DNA of 64,000 nucleotides, from contig CAXXLL010000002.1 of assembly GCA_963662545.2 (NCBI GenBank), forward strand, positions 1,760,001 to 1,824,000, given 5' to 3'. Origin of the DNA: Gammaproteobacteria bacterium (lineage in GTDB: Bacteria > Pseudomonadota > Gammaproteobacteria > Ga0077536). Every line of letters begins with the position of its first letter. Positions within the stretch are counted from its first letter, which is position 1. The notes under the pieces were generated by a model, which saw only the letters and a program-made list of their open reading frames with translations, searched no databases and was not told where the DNA came from. Below, in pieces: positions 12,822 through 23,317 of the stretch. The position numbers were made by a program, and so were the translations under genes.

Positions 12822-12987
12822 TTTCCTTTCCTCGTGCTGCTGTGTTATCGGTCGCCCGAAACCCGGAGACAATGACATGCTAGGGCATTAGCGCATTGTT
12901 CGGTGGCCGCGCTTCGTACGAGCATGGTAGATTAGCTAAGCTCGTATCATGCGGGTAGCAGTCCAGCCGCATAAAAGGGGAAATTCG

Positions 12988-14706
12988 TTGTCGAAATTCG
13001 ACCTCGTCATCAAGCATGGAACCGTCATCGATGGAACTCGGGTTCCCCGCTACCGGGCCGACGTCGGCATCCGCGCGGGCGTCATTGCCGATATCGGCCA
13101 TATCAATGCCAATGAAGGCGCGCGCGTCGTAGACGCCGACGGCCTCATCGTCGCCCCGGGTTTCGTCGATCTGCATACGCACTACGACGCGCAGTTGTTC
13201 TGGGATCCTTACTGCACTCTCTCGGGCTGGCATGGAATTACTTCGGCAGTGATCGGTAACTGTGGATTTGGCTTTGCGCCCGTGCGCCCGGAGATGCGTG
13301 AGCGCGCCATGCTCTCGATGACGCGGGTCGAGGCGATTCCCTACGCCTCGATGAAGGCGGGTCTGCCGTGGGATTGGGTCACCTTCCCCGAGTTCCTCGA
13401 CAGCGTCGACCGTGCGCCGAAGGCCATCAATCTGCTGCCCTACGTGCCGGTCGGCCCCCTGCTGATCTGGGTCATGGGCCTCGACGACGCTAAAGCCGGG
13501 CGTATGCCAACCGACGCGGAACATGCCGAGATCCGGCGCCTGTTCGAAGCCTCTCTCGACGCAGGCGGCTGCGGCTGGTCCGCGCAACGCTTGATGCCCG
13601 ATGGGCCGTCGGCGGTTCAGAACGATTACGATGGTACGCCGATGGTTACCGACGTCATGCACGATGAGACCTGCGAGATGCTCGCCGAAGTACTCGGCGA
13701 GCGTAACCAGGGCTTCATGCAAATGACCATTTCGTCCGGCGATTACCGAGCCGATCGCGTACACATGGAAAAACTGTCGACGATCAGCGGTCGGCCGCTG
13801 CTGTGGAACGTGCTGCAGATTTACGACCACAAACCCGAAGTCCATCGGGAAGCCCTCGCATGGATCAAAAGTTGTCGTGAACGTGGTATCCGCGTGTGCG
13901 CGCAGGGGCTGACGACGGACGCCGGTTTCACATTCACCTTCGAGGATTGGAACCTGTGGGACGATCGCCCGGCCTGGCGCGAGGCAACGGTGGGCTCGGT
14001 CGCCGAGCGTCTGGTCAAGCTCGCCGATCCCGAGCGGCGCCCTGGCCTGCGTGCGCCGCGGCCACTCACCGTGACGGGACCGATCGAGGACATCGTCGTC
14101 ACAGGGCCGGCATCGCCGGAAACCGAACCGTACCGGGATATGATGATCGGCGCGATCGCGGAGCAGCTCGGTAAGGATCCGGTCGACGCCCTGCTCGACA
14201 TTGCGGTTAAAGACGAACTCAAGACCGAGTTCTTCGTCGCACCGGCGCACGGCTCGAACAAATACCTGAAGGAGATCATTGACGACCCCTATGTAATCTT
14301 CGGCGTCTCCGACGGCGGTGCCCACACCAAGTTCCTGACAGCCGGTCGCTACCCAACGGAAACGCTGTGTAAGATCGTGCGCGAACTGGGCATGTTGAGC
14401 CTCGAAGAAGCGCATTGGCGTCTCAGTGCGCTGCCGGCTATGGTCGCGGGTTTCGAGGAGCGGGGTGTGCTTAAGCGCGGCGCGCCGGCCGATATCCTCG
14501 TGTACGACTACGACAATCTCGAAGTGCTGCCGGCCGAAATCGTCCACGACCTGCCGGGCAAGGAATGGCGGCGGATTCAGCGTGCGAAGGGTTACCGCTA
14601 CATCATCGTCAATGGTGAGATCACCATCGACGATGACCAGGAGACGAATACCTACTCAGGAAAGCTGCTGCGGTTCGGTGGGCCGCGGATCGCGGCGGCC
14701 GCCTAA
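12988..14706 (+). CDS. N-acyl-D-amino-acid deacylase family amidohydrolase
   Basis: FDLVIKHGTVIDGT, APGFVDLHTHYDAQLFWDP, GNCGFGFAP, SDGGAH. Confidence 0.9.
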   Translation: MSKFDLVIKHGTVIDGTRVPRYRADVGIRAGVIADIGHINANEGARVVDADGLIVAPGFVDLHTHYDAQLFWDPYCTLSGWHGITSAVIGNCGFGFAPVRPEMRERAMLSMTRVEAIPYASMKAGLPWDWVTFPEFLDSVDRAPKAINLLPYVPVGPLLIWVMGLDDAKAGRMPTDAEHAEIRRLFEASLDAGGCGWSAQRLMPDGPSAVQNDYDGTPMVTDVMHDETCEMLAEVLGERNQGFMQMTISSGDYRADRVHMEKLSTISGRPLLWNVLQIYDHKPEVHREALAWIKSCRERGIRVCAQGLTTDAGFTFTFEDWNLWDDRPAWREATVGSVAERLVKLADPERRPGLRAPRPLTVTGPIEDIVVTGPASPETEPYRDMMIGAIAEQLGKDPVDALLDIAVKDELKTEFFVAPAHGSNKYLKEIIDDPYVIFGVSDGGAHTKFLTAGRYPTETLCKIVRELGMLSLEEAHWRLSALPAMVAGFEERGVLKRGAPADILVYDYDNLEVLPAEIVHDLPGKEWRRIQRAKGYRYIIVNGEITIDDDQETNTYSGKLLRFGGPRIAAAA

Positions 14707-15000
14707 CCGGGCCAACATATCGCGGCGATTTGCCCGCCAGTGGGCGCCTGCTCGAAGTTCATGCAACCGTTGTAGGCGTCTTCCTCGAAGCAAGCGACCA
14801 CGCTAAGATCGCATGGTAATCACGCAGGGACAGTGCCCAACGGTGCCGACTTAACACACCCTCGACCAGTGGGGTGCTGCCGAATTGACTGGATATTCCT
14901 CCGGTATGGCCGGAGCTTGGCAACAGCGCGTCGAAAAATACCGTTTCAATAGCCCGCCGGGGTGCGACTGGAAAATCATATCGACCGCCTGTTTCTGCCT

Positions 15001-15336
15001 TCATACGATAATGCGCGGTTTGAAATCCTCCCAGGTGGCGTCGAGAGAATATTCCCGTCGGCGCTGACGTGGCGTCTGTTGACCCAGAGATTTCCATGAG
15101 CTGCTTTTGAACAGTCCCGTGTCGTAGACACGTCTTTTCTCCGGATCGATTAGGATTTCGAATGCTTCATTGATCACCGACGCATTCCAGTGATCGCCGC
15201 CCAAGTCGGGATGCGCCTTGAGCTTTTGCATGATCGTGCGGTAGCTCGCTTGCACGATCTCCATGGGTGCATCGGGCTGAACATACAGGATGCGGTAGTA
15301 ATTACGCTTGTTCGACTTGGGTTTCTCGCGCGCCAT
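15001..15336 (-). CDS. Small J-domain (DnaJ-like) protein
   Basis: NYYRILYV...HPD motif...INEAFEILIDPEKRRVYD. Confidence 0.8.
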   Translation of the reverse strand: MAREKPKSNKRNYYRILYVQPDAPMEIVQASYRTIMQKLKAHPDLGGDHWNASVINEAFEILIDPEKRRVYDTGLFKSSSWKSLGQQTPRQRRREYSLDATWEDFKPRIIV

Positions 15337-15568
15337 GGGATCGAAATCCTTGCTCGATTACCCCCTGTTAGCGGCCTCTCACGCGGAATATTGAGCACTC
15401 GGGGAATGGGGCACAGATTCGGCGATCCCGACCGACAGGCACGAGAGATCAACTGTCTATTCATGGCGATATTACCGATGACCGCCGCTGACCTTGACAA
15501 GGCTTGTATGATGCCGCGCCATTCGCATTGGACGGCGTTCGCTTGCTGCAAATTAGAGGTGAAAGAAT

Positions 15569-16756
15569 GTGTACTGTGATCTAGGTCGGATTTCCTCCGA
15601 CGCCCGTTACATTACAGCGGAGCTCGACGCTATCACGGCGCAGGCCGCCGATGCCGATTCGACACGTTCGATCTCCGAGGAGGTGATCCGCAGCATCAAA
15701 GCCAACGACGTAATGCGGCTGTCCGCGAGTCCTGTATTGTCCGGGCTGAATGAATCGGTCGTCGTCATCGCCGATGAATTGCGCGCGGTCGCGGGGCGAT
15801 GCACCTCTACTGCCTGGTGTCTGTGGAATCACCTGTGCACTTTTCATTTTTTCTGCGGTTTGCTCGGCCCCGACAACGCGGATTTTCTGCGCGACATAAT
15901 GAAGCGCCGCGAATGGGTCTGCTTCCCCGCCGGTGCCAGCTCTTCGGTCGTCTACGAAAGCGACGGTGACGATGTCGTATTGAACGGCAGCGCGGCGTTT
16001 GGATCCGGTGCACGCTACGCGGAATGGGCCGGGGTGATTCTCAAAGCGGGCAAGCGCGAACCGGAAACGCATTTCGTCATTACCGACCTGCGGGACCCGG
16101 GCGTGCGCATCGAACCGACGTGGGAAGCAATGAGCCTGCGCGCGTCGTCGACTGATCATATTCACTACGCAGGCGCACGGGCCGCGGCGCGCCGAGTGGT
16201 GCCGTTTCCGGTACCTACCCGGATACCGTTTCGCGACCTGTCGATGCCGATGATCCATCCTCGCTACCGTGAAGACTGGGTAGCACTTTCGGTACTCTGG
16301 TTGGGCGCTATGGCCACCGGGGTATCCGACATTTCGCTGAACGAGACCTGCGAGAATATCCGCGAACGGGTCGCGATCTTTGGGACGAAGATGATTGAAC
16401 GTCCGACCATCCACGTGAATCTCGGGCGCGCCCGGGCGCTCGTCAACGCCGCGATCGACACGGTGTACGCCGCATGCGCCGAAACGGACGCGCGGATCGC
16501 AGCTGCCGCGGTGCCAAGCGAAGCCGATTATCTGCGCCAGTGCGCCGCCGGTATGCAGGCCGTGCTGTTATGCGACGAGGCCATGCGGCTGATCCTGCGG
16601 GTATTGGGTGGCAACGGGCTTCGCGAGGGGACCGATTTCGAACGGCGCTATCGCGATTTTCAGGCAATGCCGTTGCATATCAACGGTCACTGCGATCGGA
16701 TCACCGAGCAAATGGGACGTTACTCCCTGGGCCTGGAGACGACGAATCCCATCTAG
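15569..16756 (+). CDS. Acyl-CoA dehydrogenase-fold flavin-dependent monooxygenase (HsaA/DszC-like)
   Basis: STAWC, FGSGARYAEW, WEAMSLRASSTD, GGNGL..FERRYRD. Confidence 0.75.
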   Translation: MYCDLGRISSDARYITAELDAITAQAADADSTRSISEEVIRSIKANDVMRLSASPVLSGLNESVVVIADELRAVAGRCTSTAWCLWNHLCTFHFFCGLLGPDNADFLRDIMKRREWVCFPAGASSSVVYESDGDDVVLNGSAAFGSGARYAEWAGVILKAGKREPETHFVITDLRDPGVRIEPTWEAMSLRASSTDHIHYAGARAAARRVVPFPVPTRIPFRDLSMPMIHPRYREDWVALSVLWLGAMATGVSDISLNETCENIRERVAIFGTKMIERPTIHVNLGRARALVNAAIDTVYAACAETDARIAAAAVPSEADYLRQCAAGMQAVLLCDEAMRLILRVLGGNGLREGTDFERRYRDFQAMPLHINGHCDRITEQMGRYSLGLETTNPI

Positions 16757-16938
16757 CCCGCCTGGCGCACAAATAGGTACCGATTCACAGACGCATCGAG
16801 GGACCGCGGCGGCGTTGCTGTCCCTGGCAGAGGCTCGCCGGCATTTGCCGGGCACCGGATCGCTACGGCTGTCTGATCGGTCTGGTTGATTCCATAAATT
16901 GCCCGTAAGCGGGCGAACGATACCGACCTTGAAGGGGC

Positions 16939-18156
16939 TCAGGCACCGAGCGTCTGGCGGATAGTCAGCTTAGCCAGCTGCGACATATGCACCTCGTCCG
17001 GCCCGTCGGCGATGCGGACCAGGCGGGCATAGGTGAAGATCTCCGGAATCGGCGTGTCCTGGCAGATTCCCATGCCGCCGTGCGATTGCAACGCGCGATC
17101 CGCGACCGTCTGGCACATTAAGGGCACGGTGACCTTGATCATGGCAAGGGCGTCCCTGGCTTGCTTATTGCCTTCACGGTCCAATCGGTCGGCCGCCCAT
17201 TGTGTCAGCAGTCGCGCCTGTTGAATCTCGCAGCGGGACTTGGCGATGTCCTGGCGTATGCTCGATTGCTCGCTCAGTTTCTTGCCGAAGGCCACCCGGT
17301 TTTCGACGCGATTGCACATGATGTCGAGCGCGCGCTGAGCGGCGCCGATCAAACGCATGCAGTGGTGGATTCGACCGGGGCCCAGCCGCCCCTGGGCAAT
17401 CTCGAAACCGCGGCCTTCGCCCAGGAGCAGATTGTCGACCGGCACGCGCACGTCACTCAGGTGAACTTCGGCGTGTCCGTGCGGGGAATGCAGATCGTTC
17501 ATCACCCGTAAGGGCCTGATGATCTCGAATCCCTCGGTACCTGCCGGCACCAGGATCATCGATTGCTGCGCGTGCCGGTCGGCGTTGGGATCCGTTTTGC
17601 CCATGACGATGTAAATCTTGTTACGGGGGTCGAACACGCAGGAACTCCACCATTTGCGGCCATTGATGACATATTCATCGCCGTCACGCTGGATGGACGT
17701 TTCGATATTGGTCGCATCGGAGGAGGCGACCTGCGGTTCGGTCATGAGGTAGGAGGATCGAATCTCACCGGCTAGCAATGGCTCCAGCCATTCCTTCTTG
17801 TGCTCGTCTGTGCCGTAGCGCGCGAGGACTTCCATGTTGCCGGTATCGGGCGCGCTGCAGTTGAAGATCTCCGAGGCCCAGTTGATGCTACCCATGGCCT
17901 CGGCGAGCGGCGCATATTCGAGATTCGTTAAACCCGGACTGTAAGGCTCATACTCCTTGGGTAGAAAAAGATTCCAGAGACCGGCGTCCCGGGCTTTCTT
18001 TTTCAATGCCTCGATCTGCGGCGGCGGGACCCACAGATTTTTCGGATCGTGCACGAATTCATAGATCTCGTCTTCGATGGGATAGATATGCTCGTGCATG
18101 AAGGTGTTGACCTGTTCGAGTAATTGGCGGGATTTATCGTTGTATCCGAAATCCAT
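16939..18156 (-). CDS. Acyl-CoA dehydrogenase
   Basis: [57 protein letters not shown]. Confidence 0.95.
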   Translation of the reverse strand: MDFGYNDKSRQLLEQVNTFMHEHIYPIEDEIYEFVHDPKNLWVPPPQIEALKKKARDAGLWNLFLPKEYEPYSPGLTNLEYAPLAEAMGSINWASEIFNCSAPDTGNMEVLARYGTDEHKKEWLEPLLAGEIRSSYLMTEPQVASSDATNIETSIQRDGDEYVINGRKWWSSCVFDPRNKIYIVMGKTDPNADRHAQQSMILVPAGTEGFEIIRPLRVMNDLHSPHGHAEVHLSDVRVPVDNLLLGEGRGFEIAQGRLGPGRIHHCMRLIGAAQRALDIMCNRVENRVAFGKKLSEQSSIRQDIAKSRCEIQQARLLTQWAADRLDREGNKQARDALAMIKVTVPLMCQTVADRALQSHGGMGICQDTPIPEIFTYARLVRIADGPDEVHMSQLAKLTIRQTLGA

Positions 18157-18214
18157 GTTTGAGCCTCTTTTTTGTAATTCGCGGATGGGGAAGGGCGCCT
18201 ATGTTACCGGGTTG

Positions 18215-19120
18215 TCAGGTCCCGGACGACTTGGCTAGTTCGAGTTCTTCGATCGTCCGCGGCCAGTCTTTTTTTAAGAGTCGGGACAATGAACGATCGG
18301 CCAGAATACGACCCTTGGTTTGGCACCGCGGACAGTAATTCAGTTCGTTGCCCACGTAGCGAATACGCTGAACGCTTGTGTCGCACAGCGGACAGGGTTT
18401 GTCGTAGCGCCCGTGTACGGCCATATCCGGATGAAAGGCCGTGACCTTCCGTGGGAAATCATCCCCGGTTTGTTCGCGCAGTAATTGAGTCCAATGGGTC
18501 AAAACCGATACGCACGATTCGAACAGACGGGCGATTTCCTCCTTATCGAGCTTTTGTGTGAGTCCAATGGGTGACAATCGGGCCGCGTGGAGAATTTCGT
18601 CCGAGTAGGCGTTGCCGATCCCGCTGTAAAGACGGGGATCGGTCAAGGCGCGTTTCAAGGTGTGATTGCGCAATGTCAGTCGGGCGGCAAACTGCGCTAA
18701 GTCGCACTCGAGCACTTCCAATCCTTTAGGATTCAATTCGTCGAGTGCTTGCGCTCCGCGAACGATATGCAGCGAGGCTCGCTTTTTCGACCCGGCTTCG
18801 GTAAACGTCAGCGCGCCGTTGTCAAAATGGAATACCGCCAGAATGTTTTTCGAGCGTGAAGGCTTGGGATTTTCGGCCCACTGGAGGCGCCCCGCGATCA
18901 TGAGGTGAAAGATCAACCAAAGGTCGTCATTGAATCTCCATGCGATGCGTTTGCCGATACGATGCAGGGTGCGGACTTCACGGTTCTCGAGTGCCGCCGG
19001 TGCGGGATCAACTGTACGCAGTACAAAGGGGCTTCGGAGTTCGATTCGAGTCAGACGACGCGCGATAATGCGCGCCTGGAGCGCCTCGATATAAACGGTG
19101 ATGTCGGGCAGTTCGGGCAC
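18215..19120 (-). CDS. Fpg/Nei family DNA glycosylase
   Basis: N-terminal (M)PELPD from GTG at 19120, HLMIAG, GIGNAYSDEIL (H2TH), Zn finger CPLC...CPRC. Confidence 0.92.
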   Translation of the reverse strand: MPELPDITVYIEALQARIIARRLTRIELRSPFVLRTVDPAPAALENREVRTLHRIGKRIAWRFNDDLWLIFHLMIAGRLQWAENPKPSRSKNILAVFHFDNGALTFTEAGSKKRASLHIVRGAQALDELNPKGLEVLECDLAQFAARLTLRNHTLKRALTDPRLYSGIGNAYSDEILHAARLSPIGLTQKLDKEEIARLFESCVSVLTHWTQLLREQTGDDFPRKVTAFHPDMAVHGRYDKPCPLCDTSVQRIRYVGNELNYCPRCQTKGRILADRSLSRLLKKDWPRTIEELELAKSSGT

Positions 19121-19352
19121 GTTAAGGGTTCTCAATTCCGATCGTTATCAAGCGATGAATGCGGTGATCAACAGGTCCGCGACTCGCTGCAGGTGATCGG
19201 TACGATAGCGCTCTTCCATGAGCCCGGTCGAATCGTGCTCGACATTTCATTTCCTGCCATCAATGAACTTTATGGCATTCTAAACCGGGTGCTGAAAAGC
19301 CGTGAATCGCTTAACCGGATTTCGGGGCGAGGTAGAACGAGGAGGTCGCAAT

Positions 19353-20264
19353 ATGCTGTCTAAACTGTTAGCTGTCCTGTACGGTATTTGCCTGTGCTGC
19401 CTGCCGTTCGCTCTTGTGGCGGGCGGCGTGTCCGTGCTCCTCACCAACGACGATGGATACGATTCTCCGGGCATACGCGCACTCAGCACGGCACTGGCTG
19501 GCGCCGGGTACGAAGTCACGATCGTCGCACCCCTGGAGCAGCAAAGCGGCAGCGGTATGAAGGTGTCGCTGGGCGCGCTGGACCTGGTCGAGCAGGGCAC
19601 TGGCGTATGGACGGTGGACGGCAGCCCGGCCGACGCGGTTTCGATCGGCATTCACCGTGTCATGCGGGACCACCCGCCCGATGTCGTAATTTCCGGCGCC
19701 AACCTCGGTCAGAATCTCGGTAGCAATGTCATGCTGTCGGGCACCGTCGGCGCCGCCGCCATGGCAGCGCACGAAGACATCCCCGCGATCGCGGTGTCGG
19801 TGGGGATCGATCTCGCGGAGCACGATACCGAGCCCGAGCGCTTCCCCAGCACGCTAGATGCCTTCCCACGGGCCGCCCGTTTGACGGTGCGGCTGCTCGC
19901 GGTGCTCGCCGGACGGCGGCACGAGGGGACGGATTTACTGCCGCCGGGAATGGTTCTCAACCTCAATTACCCGGCGCTTCCGGCCACGTCTATCAGAGGC
20001 GTTCGGGCAGCACAGGTTGGCCAGTATGGAGGCTTCCGCCTCATCTATCCTGAGGACGGCAGCGAAATGGGTAAGGTCCGCGCCACGATCGAGCAAGACC
20101 CACGTGGAATGGCTGAAGCGGATGCGGACACGGCCTTGTTCGCGGCGGGCTTCGTGACGATCAGTGTGATTGCGCCGCGCTGGAACACAATGAGAGATAA
20201 GGCCATCGCGGCGCCTGAATGGATAATCAAACTAGAACGCGAATTGGCGCGCGATGCGCCTTAG
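19353..20264 (+). CDS. surE: SurE-family 5'/3'-nucleotidase with N-terminal signal peptide
   Basis: LLTNDDG, VAPLEQQSGSG, GSPADAV, SGANLGQNLG..SGTVGAA; hydrophobic leader. Confidence 0.85.
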   Translation: MLSKLLAVLYGICLCCLPFALVAGGVSVLLTNDDGYDSPGIRALSTALAGAGYEVTIVAPLEQQSGSGMKVSLGALDLVEQGTGVWTVDGSPADAVSIGIHRVMRDHPPDVVISGANLGQNLGSNVMLSGTVGAAAMAAHEDIPAIAVSVGIDLAEHDTEPERFPSTLDAFPRAARLTVRLLAVLAGRRHEGTDLLPPGMVLNLNYPALPATSIRGVRAAQVGQYGGFRLIYPEDGSEMGKVRATIEQDPRGMAEADADTALFAAGFVTISVIAPRWNTMRDKAIAAPEWIIKLERELARDAP

Positions 20265-20336
20265 TGGACGCCGATAATAAAAAGGCCGGTGCGGTCAGGG
20301 ACGGCACCGGCCGTGCAGATCGCTAAGCCGCCCTTA

Positions 20337-23051
20337 TCAGGCGGCGCCACGCAACGCTTTCGTTTCGGCCTTGTTGATCTTTCTCGCGGCCTTGTCGACG
20401 GACACGCCGTAGACGTCCCTGGCATGCTCGACCGAAATGTATTCGTCGATGACGTCTTCCAGAACTTCTTCGGGCGTGCGCTCGTGCGGATTACCCCAGC
20501 CGCCGCCGGTGGTTTCAAATATGAAGCTGTCGCCGTATTCGAATTTGTGCCGGCACAACAGCGGGTTGGTCCACTCGCCGTCTTCCTTGATGCCGCCGAC
20601 GACTTTGCGATCGCCATTGGGGAACTCGTGCAATAAGCGTTGCGCGACGCTTCGATGTCCGCCGTTGACGCCCGGCGTTCCTTCGATAGTGCGCGCGGTT
20701 TCGACGTTCATCTGGCCTTCGCAGCGAAATCTCACCCTGAAGTTCGCACCCAGGCCACCGCGATAGCGCCCGGCGCCGGCGGAATCCTGTCGCAAGTCGT
20801 AACGCTCGTAGGCGATCATCGGGAACAGCAACTCGGCCGTCTCGGCTTCCATGTTCATGCAGTTGCCGAGCGGATCCATGGTGACGTTCATGCCATCGTT
20901 AAACGGCGTGCCACCCCAGCCGCCGGCTGGTAGATCGGTGAACACGTCCGTTTTACCCTCCGCATCGCGTACCCCGCAGACGAACCAGTTGCCGTCGCCG
21001 CAGGCTGAACCGACCGCGCGATCGGGGATCGCTTTCGCAATCGTCTGCCATACAGCGCTCGCGACCTTGGGCGCCGCCAACACGGTGCAGCCGATGGTGG
21101 GTCCGGGCCACACCGGGTTCAACCAGGTGCCTTCCTTCGCGATCACCTTGATCGGTTCAAACATGCCTTCGTTCTGCGGCGCGGTCGGATCGAAGAAGAA
21201 CTGCAGCGAGTAGTACACCGCCGACATCGTGTTCGCGATCGGCGAGTTGATCGCACCCAGGCACTGCGGATCGGAGTCCGAGAGGTCGACGGTTATATTC
21301 GACCCTGCGACAGTCATCTTGACCTTGACGATGCCTTCCTGCTGGCCGTCGCAATCAGCATAGTCCTCGCCTTCGTAAACGCCGTCCGGAATCTCTTCGA
21401 TCTTCTGCCGCACTATCCTCTCGGTATAGGCGATGAGTTCGCGCATCGCCGTTTTGACGGTGTCGATGCCGTAACGATCGGCGGCGCTCTGCAGTTCCTC
21501 TTCGGCGGCCTTGAGGCAGCCGACGTGCGCTTGCAGATCGCCCCGGATGAAATGCGGCGTGCGTGTATTGGCCAGCAGGATCTTCATCAGGCTCGGATCG
21601 ATTTCATTGTTTTGAAATGCCCGGATCGGTGGCAACCTCAAGCCTTCCTCGGCAATGTGAGTGCCCCAGGACTGGCCGCCGGGCGCGCCGCCGCCAAAAC
21701 TCACGAGCATGAAATCGCGCGGGTCGCGGCCGCGATCGATCACGACTTTCTTCACCGCCTGCGCCATGATTTCGCAGCTGATCTTCACCATGGCTTCAGC
21801 GGCCTCGATGGTCTCGATCCCCAATTGCTCCGCGATAATGGCCACCGCTTTTTCCGCGGCTTCACGGTCCAGATTGATCTTGCCGCCCAGGGTCGGCTCC
21901 AGGCGGCCGAGCAGGAAATTGGCGTCCGTGATGGTGGCCTCGGTCCCACCGGTGCCGTAACACGCGGGTCCCGGATTGGAGCCGGCGCTGCGCGGCCCGA
22001 CGCGGAGCGATCCGCCGGTGTCGACCCAGCCGATCGATCCGCCGCCGGCGCCGACACTGTGGATGTCGAGCATCGGCACGATGACTGGCACCTCGAATTC
22101 AAGTTCGTAGCTGCGGGTGATCAGGCCCTTGCCGTCCTCGACGATTGAGGCGTCGAAGCTGGTGCCGCCCATATCAGTGCAGATGATGCTCGGTGTCTTG
22201 GTGATTTCTGCCAGGTAACGGGTGTAGGCCACGCCGCCCGCGGGTCCGGATTCGAGCAGATCCTCGGGATGAGCCTTGGCCAGATCGATACCCATGACCC
22301 CGCCGCTGCTTTTCAAGATCAACACTGAGCCTTTGAAGCCGTGCTCCTGGAGACGCTCGACCAGGTGATCGAAGTATTCGACCATCACCGGTTTCAAGGC
22401 CGCGCTGATTGCCGTGGTGACGAAACGCCCGTGTTCACGGAACAAGGGCTTGACCTCGCCTGAGAGCATGACAAAGGCGTCGGGAATGTGTTCCAGGATG
22501 ATGTCCCGCATCTGGCGTTCGTGCGCGACATTGACGTAGGAGTTGATGAAGCAGACTGCGATCGATTTGATCCCTTCGGCCTGGATCGCCTTCGCCACTT
22601 CGCGCGCCGCATCGACGTCGAGCGGGCGTTCCTCGTTGCCGTTCACGTCGGTTCTCTCTTGCACGGTGTAACGGAAGCGGCGCTTGACGATCGGCTTGGG
22701 CTTGACCTGGTAGGGATCGTAGAGCTCCTCGCGGTGCTGGCGCCCGATCTCGATGGTGTCACGAAAGCCGTCGGTGGTCACGAGCGCCGGGTCCGGATAG
22801 GAGCGCTCGATCAGCGCGTTGGTCGCGGTCGTCGTGCCGTGTACGAGCGTCGAAATCTCGTCGAACGGAAGCCCCGAGCTTTCGATCGCTGCGATCGGGT
22901 CCTGGGCCGCTCTGCGGATCGCATCGATCACGCCTTCGGAACGGTCCCACTGGGTGGTGAGCACCTTGGCCGTTGCCCGTTCTCCCGATTCCTCGTTCCA
23001 ACCGAACAAATCCGTAAAGGTCCCTCCAACGTCAACTCCAACGCGCCACAT
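20337..23051 (-). pseudogene. Hydantoinase/oxoprolinase A::B in-frame fusion with apparent internal deletion
   Basis: N-half is subunit A (DVGGTFTD, HGTT, ESGPAGG, DMGGTSFD, GAGGGSI) up to DPRDFMLVSFGG. It then switches directly to internal subunit B sequence (GAPGG...EEGLRLPP...GAGRYRGGLG...GGGWG). Confidence 0.65.
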
Positions 23052-23216
23052 GGGTCTACCTCCTTTTTTAGGGAATTACGCAGAAAAGTTGACAGCACCT
23101 ATTTAGGTGACCTCTTTTATGGTCGGCGTCCCGCTGCGATCTGTACGCAAGACAAAGCGTTTATTAACTTCTGCTTTCGTTGGGCGCTTTGGGCGTCCAG
23201 CCGCAGGCTTTACCTT

Positions 23217-23262
23217 ATTCATGCGCTGTAATGCTCTGGATTCATGCGCTGTAATGCTCTGG
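23217..23262. repeat. Perfect 23-bp tandem duplication
   Basis: ATTCATGCGCTGTAATGCTCTGG x2. Confidence 0.9.
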
Positions 23263-23317
23263 TTGATCGATCAAGCGCCTTTTGTTTCATAATCTGAATA
23301 TTCTAAAAGTGAGAGTC

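Noticed and set aside
14850-15003. Selenocysteine read-through of the J-domain gene's TGA
   Set aside because: No redox motif context, and the downstream in-frame translation resembles no recognisable domain.
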